IMG/VR virus record: IMGVR_UViG_3300021425_000049
Coordinates: 1 to 54,909 of that record
Direction: 5' to 3' (one strand)
DNA length: 54,909 nucleotides
Source: a virus
Lineage: Duplodnaviria; Caudoviricetes
The notes under the pieces were generated by a model. The model ran no database searches and was not told where the DNA came from. It worked only from the letters and a program-made list of their open reading frames with translations. Below, one piece after another: positions 9,350 through 17,800 of this stretch. Position numbers and translations under genes: made by a program. Each line of letters begins with the position of its first letter. Position 1 is the stretch's first letter.

Positions 9350-9976
9350 TTGATGAGATTACTAAACGAACATTTGAGTTTCGACCAAGCTAAAATAGTA
9401 GTTGAGTCTGCTAATGAAGGTAAAGATCTTTATATGAAAGGTATTTGCATTCAAGGCGGCGTTAGAAACGCAAACCAGCGTGTTTATCCCGTTAATGAAA
9501 TTGGCAGGGCTGTCACCACGCTCAGCGAGCAAATTAGCGGTGGCTACTCAGTGTTAGGTGAAGTTGATCATCCAGACGGTCTAAACATTAACCTTGACCG
9601 TGTGTCACACATGATTTCAGAAATGTGGATGGACGGACCAAATGGTTACGGAAAACTAAAAATCCTACCTACTCCGATGGGAAATCTAGTGAAAACAATG
9701 CTTGAAAGCGGCGTTAAACTAGGCGTCTCATCGAGAGGTAGCGGTAATGTTACAGAAGATGGTAGCGGTGAAGTTTCAGATTTTGAAATTATCACTGTAG
9801 ACGTTGTGGCGCAACCAAGCGCCCCAGGCGCATACCCAACACCGATTTACGAACACCTTATGAATGCTCGCGGTGGTTATAAGGCGTTTCAAACATCTAG
9901 GGAAGTTCAAGGCGATAAACAGGCACAGAAGTATTTAAAAGAGAGCTTATTAGGTATAATAAGCAAACTCCAATAA
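9350..9976 (+). CDS. gp21: Prohead core protease
   Basis: NANQRVYP, LGEVDHP, GVSSRGSG, DVVAQPSAPGA; real start may be ATG 9353. Confidence 0.93.
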   Translation: MMRLLNEHLSFDQAKIVVESANEGKDLYMKGICIQGGVRNANQRVYPVNEIGRAVTTLSEQISGGYSVLGEVDHPDGLNINLDRVSHMISEMWMDGPNGYGKLKILPTPMGNLVKTMLESGVKLGVSSRGSGNVTEDGSGEVSDFEIITVDVVAQPSAPGAYPTPIYEHLMNARGGYKAFQTSREVQGDKQAQKYLKESLLGIISKLQ

Positions 9977-9993
9977 CGAGGAGAGGATAGACA

Positions 9994-11088
9994 ATGTTAG
10001 ATGCTTTAAAATCACTCTTCGAAAACTCAGCACTATCGGAAGAAGTGCGCACTGAACTAGAAGAGGCATGGAACGCAAAGGTGAAAGAGAATCGCCTAGC
10101 TGTAACCGCTGAACTACGTGAAGAATTTGCTAAAAAATATGAGCATGATAAGAATACAATGGTAGAAGCTATTGATTCTATGATCTCAGAAAAACTTAGT
10201 GAAGAAATTGCAGAGTTCCAGGAAGATCGTAAACAACTTGCAGAAGCAAAAGCAAAGTTTGCGGTAGCAAAGCGTGAAAATGCCAATCTAATGAAGACTT
10301 TTGTTAGCGAACAGCTAGCCAAGGAAATCAAAGAACTACACAAAGATCAAAAAGCAACAGCAGATAAATTTGTTGCTCTTGAAGAATTTGTTGTAGAATC
10401 ACTAGCTAAAGAATTAGCAGAGTTTTACGAAGACAAAAAAGATCTTACGGAAACAAAGGTTCGCCTTGTCCGTGAAGGTAAAGCACACATTGACAAAGTT
10501 AAATCAGACTTTGTTAAGAAAAGTGCTAAACTTGTATCAGAAACTGTATCAAAAGGGCTTACTAAAGAGATTACAGCTCTTAAGGAAGACATTGAAGATG
10601 CACGTAGAAACGACTTTGGTCGCAAGCTATTCGAAGCGTTTGCTAACGAATATCAGCATTCTTATCTAAATGAAAAGAGTGAAACTGCAAAAATGTTGAA
10701 AGTAATTGCTGCAAAAGACAAGCAATTAAAAGAAGCAAAGCAGGCTGCGGGTAAAGCAATAGAACTTGCAGAAGCACAGGCTAATCAGAATAAAATGATT
10801 ACCGAAAGTGTTCAACGCAAAGACAAAATCACAGAGTTAGTTGCTCCATTAAGCAACGATCAACGTGAAATTATGACAGACTTACTGGAATCAGTTCAAA
10901 CTAGCAGACTACAATCTGCGTTTGACAAATACCTACCGTCAGTTATTGACAGTAAAGGTCCAGCGAAGAAGAAGGCAGTTTTAGCAGAAGGCAAAGAAGT
11001 AACAGGCAACAGACAACAAACAAATGACGTTAAAGCAGGCGCAGACCACAATGTGGTAGATCTAAAACGCCTTGCTGGATTGAGTTAA
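9994..11088 (+). CDS. gp22: Prohead scaffold protein
   Basis: Coiled-coil Glu/Lys-rich protein between protease and major capsid. Confidence 0.8.
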   Translation: MLDALKSLFENSALSEEVRTELEEAWNAKVKENRLAVTAELREEFAKKYEHDKNTMVEAIDSMISEKLSEEIAEFQEDRKQLAEAKAKFAVAKRENANLMKTFVSEQLAKEIKELHKDQKATADKFVALEEFVVESLAKELAEFYEDKKDLTETKVRLVREGKAHIDKVKSDFVKKSAKLVSETVSKGLTKEITALKEDIEDARRNDFGRKLFEAFANEYQHSYLNEKSETAKMLKVIAAKDKQLKEAKQAAGKAIELAEAQANQNKMITESVQRKDKITELVAPLSNDQREIMTDLLESVQTSRLQSAFDKYLPSVIDSKGPAKKKAVLAEGKEVTGNRQQTNDVKAGADHNVVDLKRLAGLS

Positions 11089-11098
11089 GGAGATACCA

Positions 11099-12280
11099 AT
11101 GTCAGAACTATTAGAAAGCCGTTGGAATGATACCAAGTCAGCACTTCTTGAAGGCCTAGGTGGCACAAAGAAAGCAGTTATGGCTACTACACTTGAGAAT
11201 ACTCGCAAGTATTTGGCTGAGACTGCAACAGCAGGTGCTACTTCAGCAGGTAACATTGCAACTTTAAACCGTGTGATCCTACCAGTGATCAGACGTGTAA
11301 TGCCAACAGTTATTGCAAACGAACTAGTTGGTGTGCAACCAATGACTGGTCCAGTTGGCCAGATTCACACTCTACGTGTTCGTTATAGCGATACACAAAA
11401 CGCAACTGGAACAGACAATGATGTAACAGCAGGTGATGAAGCACTAAGCCCATTCAAAATTGCTGAAGCATATTCAGGTGATGGCACAGCCGGTAAAGCA
11501 GCAGCAACAGCAGCTCTTGAAGGTAGTGCAGGTAACCGTCTAAGCATCCAGATCTTAAAGCAAACAGTTGAAGCTAAAACTCGTAAGTTGAGCGCACGTT
11601 GGACTTTCGAAGCTGCACAAGACGCACAGTCACAGCACGGCATCGACGTAGAAGCAGAGATCATGGCTGCTCTAGCACAAGAAATCACTGCTGAAATTGA
11701 CCAAGAAGTTCTTGGTTCACTAGATTCACTAGCTGGTGGAGCTGCTGAAACATACAACCAATCAGCGGTATCAGGCACAGCCACTTTCGTTGGTGACGAA
11801 CATGCTGCTCTAGCTGTTCAGATCAACAGAGTGTCAAACCTAATCGCTCAGCGCACACGCCGTGGCGCTGGTAACTGGGCAGTTGTTAGCCCATTTGCGC
11901 TAACAATTCTACAGTCAGCGACAACTTCAGCATTTGCTCGCACAACTGAGGGCACATTTGAAGCACCAACAAACACTAAACTAGTTGGAACTCTAAACAA
12001 CGCAATGAAAGTATATGTAAACACATATGCTGGCGACGATGCAGCAGTTCTAATCGGTTACAAAGGTTCAAGCGAATCAGATGCAGCGGCATTCTACTGC
12101 CCATACATCCCGCTAATGAGCTCAGGTGTTGTTCTAGATCCGTCAACATTCGAACCAACCGTATCATTCATGACACGTTATGGTTATGTTGAACTAACAA
12201 ACACTGCGTCATCGCTAGGTAACGCAGCTGACTACCTAGGCAAAGTTGATATTACTGACACAGCAGTAAGCTTCAGCTAA
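11099..12280 (+). CDS. gp23: Major capsid protein
   Basis: VIRRVMPTVIANELVGVQPMTGP, VEAKTRKL, AFYCPYIPL, FMTRYG. Confidence 0.96.
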   Translation: MSELLESRWNDTKSALLEGLGGTKKAVMATTLENTRKYLAETATAGATSAGNIATLNRVILPVIRRVMPTVIANELVGVQPMTGPVGQIHTLRVRYSDTQNATGTDNDVTAGDEALSPFKIAEAYSGDGTAGKAAATAALEGSAGNRLSIQILKQTVEAKTRKLSARWTFEAAQDAQSQHGIDVEAEIMAALAQEITAEIDQEVLGSLDSLAGGAAETYNQSAVSGTATFVGDEHAALAVQINRVSNLIAQRTRRGAGNWAVVSPFALTILQSATTSAFARTTEGTFEAPTNTKLVGTLNNAMKVYVNTYAGDDAAVLIGYKGSSESDAAAFYCPYIPLMSSGVVLDPSTFEPTVSFMTRYGYVELTNTASSLGNAADYLGKVDITDTAVSFS

Positions 12281-12302
12281 GTCTATGTAGACATAAAAAT
12301 AC

Positions 12303-12329
12303 AAAATAGGCCCTACGGGGCCTATTTTT
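12303..12329 (+). terminator. Rho-independent terminator
   Basis: AAAATAGGCCC-TACG-GGGCCTATTTT after the major capsid gene. Confidence 0.9.
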
Positions 12330-12358
12330 ATGATAAGTAGTTCTAGTGGAGATACAAT

Positions 12359-12556
12359 ATGCCAATTGGAACAATTTACAAATATAATTCAAAAAGAAAG
12401 TTCAGTGTAATTAGACCTAAAGAATGGAAGACTGAATTGTTTGATGTCTTGTTTGAAACAAAAAGTTTTGCATGTAAATTAGGGGACAAAGTTGAGTATG
12501 ATGAAAAAGTAGTCAACGGAAAAAAATATGCAGAAAATTTAAAAAAAGTTGAATAA
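12359..12556 (+). CDS. Divergent cold-shock-domain (OB-fold) protein
   Basis: 65 aa; GTIYKYNxxRKFSVIRP..DVLF..LGDKVEY..AENL parallels CspA GTVKWFNxxKGFGFITP..DVFV..GQKVEF..AANV; GGAG SD. Confidence 0.6.
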   Translation: MPIGTIYKYNSKRKFSVIRPKEWKTELFDVLFETKSFACKLGDKVEYDEKVVNGKKYAENLKKVE

Positions 12557-12561
12557 AAAGG

Positions 12562-12590
12562 TTGACCTACTTAGGTTTATTTGCTATATT
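12562..12590 (+). promoter_or_regulatory. Sigma70-type promoter
   Basis: TTGACC (12562-12567), 17 nt spacer, TATATT (12585-12590). Confidence 0.75.
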
Positions 12591-12596
12591 ATAAAC

Positions 12597-12847
12597 ATAA
12601 CAAAGACGACGGTCCGAGTTAGATAGTGCAAGGAAACGCTGCTTGGTAGAGGCAGTAACTTGGCTAGTAGCTGTAGTGGCAGCGCATGAGCATGGAGACA
12701 TGAAGATGCGTATTTTGGAAGTAACTATCCGATGCTAGGCTCCGCTGAATTAATGGACAGGATCTGTTGAGGCGGTTGTTGGTAATCCTTAATCCAACCT
12801 ATCAATATTATAAGGAAGGTCTGCTATATTTTAGCAGGCCTTTTTTT
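12597..12847 (+). ncRNA. Candidate ~250 nt structured non-coding RNA
   Basis: Bounded by a sigma70 promoter and an intrinsic terminator; no sense ORF; many helices including a GAGA tetraloop hairpin and potential pseudoknots. Confidence 0.7.
12816..12847 (+). terminator. Rho-independent terminator
   Basis: AAGGTCTGCTA-TATTT-TAGCAGGCCTT followed by a T run. Confidence 0.85.
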
Positions 12848-12875
12848 ACACATTATAACCCATTTTTTCTTATTT

Positions 12876-12964
12876 GATAAATACTTATGTCTAACAGCGA
12901 GCCGCGAGGCGGACTTATGCAGGAACCCACTGCGTAGACCTAGAACGTCAAAAAGGAGAAAACA
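12876..12964 (+). promoter_or_regulatory. Late promoter GATAAATA plus structured 5' leader
   Basis: GATAAATA 12876-12883; hairpins GCC-GCGA-GGC and TATGCAG/CTGCGTA; AGGAG SD. Confidence 0.55.
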
Positions 12965-13330
12965 ATGGGACGTCCAGTAAATAAAAGAAACTTCGGTGCA
13001 ACCGGTGTTGATGCAACACCTACAGTGCCAATTAGATTCCACGATGGATCAAGCCTTATTGAAGGTAAAATACTTTCACAAAGAGGAACAAACAAATTTA
13101 ACTGCTCAAACGACGGTGATACAATCACAAGAATTTGCAGATTAACATCAGATGGTTCTGCTCCAAATGCAGAATTTGAAGCACAAATAATCGGTATAGC
13201 AGCAGGCGGTAATGCAGTAGCTATTAAAAAACTGTTTAACAGAACAGCAGTTGATTATGATAACAATCGTTATACATGGACAACTGAAGACGACTCGACA
13301 GAATCACTACTACGTTTGACAGCTATCTAA
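12965..13330 (+). CDS. Hypothetical protein, probable virion component
   Basis: 121 aa; strong SD; late promoter; first gene of the fibre operon. Confidence 0.75.
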   Translation: MGRPVNKRNFGATGVDATPTVPIRFHDGSSLIEGKILSQRGTNKFNCSNDGDTITRICRLTSDGSAPNAEFEAQIIGIAAGGNAVAIKKLFNRTAVDYDNNRYTWTTEDDSTESLLRLTAI

Positions 13331-13341
13331 GGACTTTATAG

Positions 13342-14553
13342 ATGGCCAGCAAGATTCAACGATTAGGCGTAAAGGATTATAGGATTATTCTAGATACCGT
13401 AGGAGATGTCTCTGGCGGTGCTGATAATGCTTCAATCACATTGGATGTTGGTGAATTTGGTGCTGTTAATATAACCGGAGCACTAGATGTTGCCGGTGAA
13501 CTTACTTCTATTTCTAGCACAGATTTAGAAGTTTCTGACAACATTATCTACATCAACGTTGGAGGTGGATCAGCAGGTGGTATACCTAACACAAATCCAT
13601 TATTTGGACAAAGTGGTATCACTATAGAAAGATTTGCCATAGACGGTAATAATCCGCAGCTAGTCTTTGATGAAGCGTTAAGAACAATTGATGGTTCAAA
13701 CTTTGGTGACCCTAGTATTTTACCAGGTAGAAAAGGTGCATTCAGTTTCCAATCTGAAAATTCAGGAGCAGATCCTGATACTAGACTTAGAACAAATTTT
13801 GGTTTATGGACACAGAGTGTAAGTGTTGCAGATGATCAAAATCTATATTTGTTAAACAACCAAGCTACGGCAGGAGCAAATGTAGGAGATGCAGCTGAAG
13901 CTACCACAGGTATTGTTACAGTAAGAGGAACTGCATGGGAATTAGATGGTGGTAGCACTCTTGTTCCATATGAGGAAAGAGTATTTCCATATGAAAACAG
14001 AGATGCAACTAGAAAGATTATCAATGTAGACGGTAATCAGGATAGACTAGCAAGTCCTCCAGATCAGGATGCATTAGTAACAGTTAAAACATTAACAGAC
14101 TATGTAAGAGATTATCACGAGTTCAATTACCAAGGTAAAATTGCAAAAGATTATATTTTTGGTAGTGAAACCAAAGTTGAAATTTTTGATGATGACGCCG
14201 ACGGATTAGGTTCATTTAGAATCGACGTAGACGTTAACGGATCACCAAGTGCAAAGTTTTATTCTACAAGAGTAGAATTAAATCAAATACAAGTTTCGGC
14301 AACTGAAATATCTTCTATCGGTGCTAATACAAGTGTAACACTTAGAGGCAACGGCGAAGGTGTTGTAGTAGACGACTTCCAAGAGTTTACAGTTCAAGAT
14401 CCTCTTACTGTTGATACACCAGTAGCAGGAACAAGAGTTTATGCTAATACTTTAGCAGACGGAGGCACAGGACTTTACTTTGCACATCAAGACGGAACCA
14501 GAGATGAATTAGTTAGTAGAAATAAAGCATTACTTTTCAGTATAATATTTTAA
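13342..14553 (+). CDS. Putative virion structural protein
   Basis: 403 aa beta-rich; ITGALDVAG..DLEVSDNII segment resembles phage fibre shaft motifs. Confidence 0.7.
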   Translation: MASKIQRLGVKDYRIILDTVGDVSGGADNASITLDVGEFGAVNITGALDVAGELTSISSTDLEVSDNIIYINVGGGSAGGIPNTNPLFGQSGITIERFAIDGNNPQLVFDEALRTIDGSNFGDPSILPGRKGAFSFQSENSGADPDTRLRTNFGLWTQSVSVADDQNLYLLNNQATAGANVGDAAEATTGIVTVRGTAWELDGGSTLVPYEERVFPYENRDATRKIINVDGNQDRLASPPDQDALVTVKTLTDYVRDYHEFNYQGKIAKDYIFGSETKVEIFDDDADGLGSFRIDVDVNGSPSAKFYSTRVELNQIQVSATEISSIGANTSVTLRGNGEGVVVDDFQEFTVQDPLTVDTPVAGTRVYANTLADGGTGLYFAHQDGTRDELVSRNKALLFSIIF

Positions 14554-14563
14554 GGAAGCAAAA

Positions 14564-14896
14564 ATGGCAATAGCGAATACAACAATAAATTTAACAGACA
14601 CTTTGATACTAACTGTTCCTGCTGATAAGTCTTATGCTATTACTACTATTTTGGTTTGCAACACTGCGGTAGACGACGGAACCGGTTTAAGCGATACAGG
14701 ATTTGACATGCATGTTATTCCAAATGGACAAACAAAAACTGATACAAATCTAGTTATCAATAATGTAAGAGTAGCAGCGGAAGATACATTTACTTTTAAT
14801 GTAGAAAGAATAGTATTAGAACAAGGCGATAGCGTGGTATTTGTTGGTAGAACACCGACAAATTTAAGTGCAACAATTAGTTATTTGGAAGTGTAA
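14564..14896 (+). CDS. Putative small virion structural protein
   Basis: 110 aa all-beta-like; SD AAGGA; co-operonic with fibre genes. Confidence 0.7.
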   Translation: MAIANTTINLTDTLILTVPADKSYAITTILVCNTAVDDGTGLSDTGFDMHVIPNGQTKTDTNLVINNVRVAAEDTFTFNVERIVLEQGDSVVFVGRTPTNLSATISYLEV

Positions 14897-17800
14897 ATGA
14901 AGTTTTTTAAGAGACAAACCATACATGAGAGAAAGGTCGGAGACGGTAGTATAATACTGACTGCTGACGGTAATGTTGAAATTACTCCTCCAAGCGGAGA
15001 GGTAACAATAGATGGTAATGTCAACATTTCCGGAGATGCCTCTGGACCAAAAACAACTGATGTATTATATGTTAGCCAAGATGGCGACGATGCAAACGAT
15101 GGGCGCAGCGAAGGAAAGTTTGGTGCTAAAAGAACTATCAAAAGTGCAGTAGAACAGTCTGTTCCTGGAACAACAATTATTGTTGCACCAGGTGATTACT
15201 ATGAAAACAATCCAATTACTTTACCTGACTTTGTAACTATAACAGGGCAAGGCGAACTACGTAATACAAGAATATTTCCAAAAAATAACACACAAACAAT
15301 TTTTTATGTAGGTAACGGTTGTTATCTATACCAGTTAACATTCCGTGGTTTAAGATATCCAGGCTGGTGTGCAGAAATACGTCCAGGCACACTTTGCACA
15401 ACCTCACCTTATATTCAAAACTGCACAAACATGAATGGTCCTTGGCTTAATGATGGAACAGAATTTATACCTTTTGAAACAGTTCAAATAGAAGGCATCG
15501 AACCTAGTGCAAGACCACTGATGGTTGAGGATTATCCAGATTTACCATTTGACAAACAAATAAATGACACTGGCGGCGGTGGAGGTATGTATGTCGATGG
15601 TGACGCATACGATCCTGCTTCGCTTGTGTTTTCATTTGTTGCAGACGCATTTACGCAGATTGCTCAGGGTGGTATAGGATTCTGGATTGATAACTTTGGT
15701 TATACTCAAATCGTTTCTTGCTTTACAGTTTTCTGTTCAACAGGATTTAAAACTACAAACGGCGGTTACCTGTCAATTTCAAACTCAGTTAGTGACTTTG
15801 GATTAGAAGGTTGTGTTGCTGACGGGTTTTATCCAATTGCATACACCACAGCAAAACCTACCCAAGACTATTTTTCAAGTGTAGCTAGTGTGACTGTAGA
15901 TAATCCTGGCGCAGGGTATACATCAGCACCTACAGTTACTTTTGAAGCACCTGAAGGTGCTGGCGGAATTACTGCTACAGGCACAGCAGACATTGATAAC
16001 ACAACAGGTAGAGTTTCTGGAGTAACAATTCTAAATGGAGGAAGCGGGTATACTAGAATTCCTTCAGTTACATTTTCAGGAGGCGGACCTACTGTTGACG
16101 CCCAAGGTATTGTAAACTTATCAAGTAACACAGTTATACAAATTGACAGTTTGAGAGACAAGCCGGCAACAGGTAGTATTATAAAATTCCAAGAGGACGA
16201 CACATACTATTTCATTACTGGTTCTGAAATAGTTCAGCCTCCTTTTGTTTACGATGAGGACGTATGTAGAAGAGATACAAGGCGAATAATTGATGCTGTA
16301 ACCGGGGATGTTGTTCTAGGAACAACCTATCAATCTCAAGCAGCAGCTACAAGTTATTTACGTGCTACAGCAAGCAAAGTTTTACTCGATCAATTAGCAC
16401 CTACAGTTTATGCATTAGAAGCAGCTAGAGACTACATGAAAGCTGAAATTACTAATGAAGCAATGAAGGATGAAATTGATCAGCGCTTTAACATTATTAC
16501 CAGCACATTAAATGCGGGTGATAGCAGTGTTATACCAGAAGCTGGCAGTGATTTGGTTTTAAATGATCTACCAGATATTGATCCAGGTATAAAACAAGCT
16601 AAAGACAACATCTTAGATAATAGAGATTTTATTATTGAAGAAGTAACTGCATACATAAACGATCAGTTTACAGAACTCAGCTACAACCAATTGCAATATG
16701 AAGAAGATATGCAAAATCTAATAAAAGGTATTGCAATGTATGTTGCTTTAGGCAGCAATCAACATGTTGTTAGATTAGGACAAGAAATTGAGATTAGAGC
16801 TAGATTTAAAACATTGTATATCAACAGTTTTAAATTTATACAAAATGCACTAGAAAATCTTGCTCAAGTCCAAGCAGATGCTACAGCTTTAGAGCGTGTA
16901 ACTGAAGGAATGAATACGTTTGTTAACATCACAGACGATGGCGATAGCAGTCTTATTGTAATCGATATTCCAAATCACGATGGTGCATCAGGAACTTCAA
17001 ATCCAAAAGACGCAAAGGATCAATTGCTTGCAAACAAAGATTTTATAACAGCTGAATTTGTTGCCTATATACAAAATGAAAATCCTGATTTTACAATTGA
17101 TGCAGCACAGTTTGAATTAGACTTTGAAAGATTTGTAGAAGCATTAGCATTTGACGTGTTGTATGGTGGCGATAGTGCTACAGTGCAAGAAACCAAATAC
17201 TATTATGGAAATTTTGATTTTACTGCTCTAGAGTCAACTGAATTACAAACAATGGTTGATGCATTTGCAAGAATGAGATTTGTATTAGGAAGAGTTGTTA
17301 GAGGACTATTTGTAACAAAAACACCAGGCAATGCTGAATCACAGGACTTTTCACAACTAACAGCAACAGCCAGTGAAGCTGATGCTATTGATGCTTTGTT
17401 ATTCAACACACAAGATGTTATTGAAAATCTTACACTTACAAGATTGCCTACTGAAAAAACATATCCAGTTTTTGAAACAGAAGCGCAAGCATTGCAAGAT
17501 GCAGCAAACACAGTATTAGGCCAAGAAACAATAATTATAGCTAATGCACAAGCAGATATAAATGCTACATATCCTACGCTTACTTACAACATAGACAAGT
17601 GTAAACGTGATGTAGGATATATTATTGATGCTGTGTATATTGATGCACAATTGGAATCAAACCACAACAGTATTACAGCCGGTCTTGCTTATCACAGAGC
17701 AAACACTGCGTATTTGAATGTTGAACAAAAGCCAGCAACAATTATAGCATTATTAGAAGCTAAAAGATTGAGTGTAGATGCAGCAGCTAGAGATGTAAAT

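Noticed and set aside
12605-12640. Faint likeness of the ncRNA 5' end to RNase P RNA (GTCCG, AGTGCAA..GAAA)
   Set aside because: No GAGGAAAGTCC and no 3' AGAACCCGGCTTA partner for P4; too weak to call.
12884-12960. Leader considered as a SAM-II/V riboswitch or a small self-cleaving ribozyme
   Set aside because: I could not find the conserved cores of SAM-II/V, hammerhead, twister or pistol.
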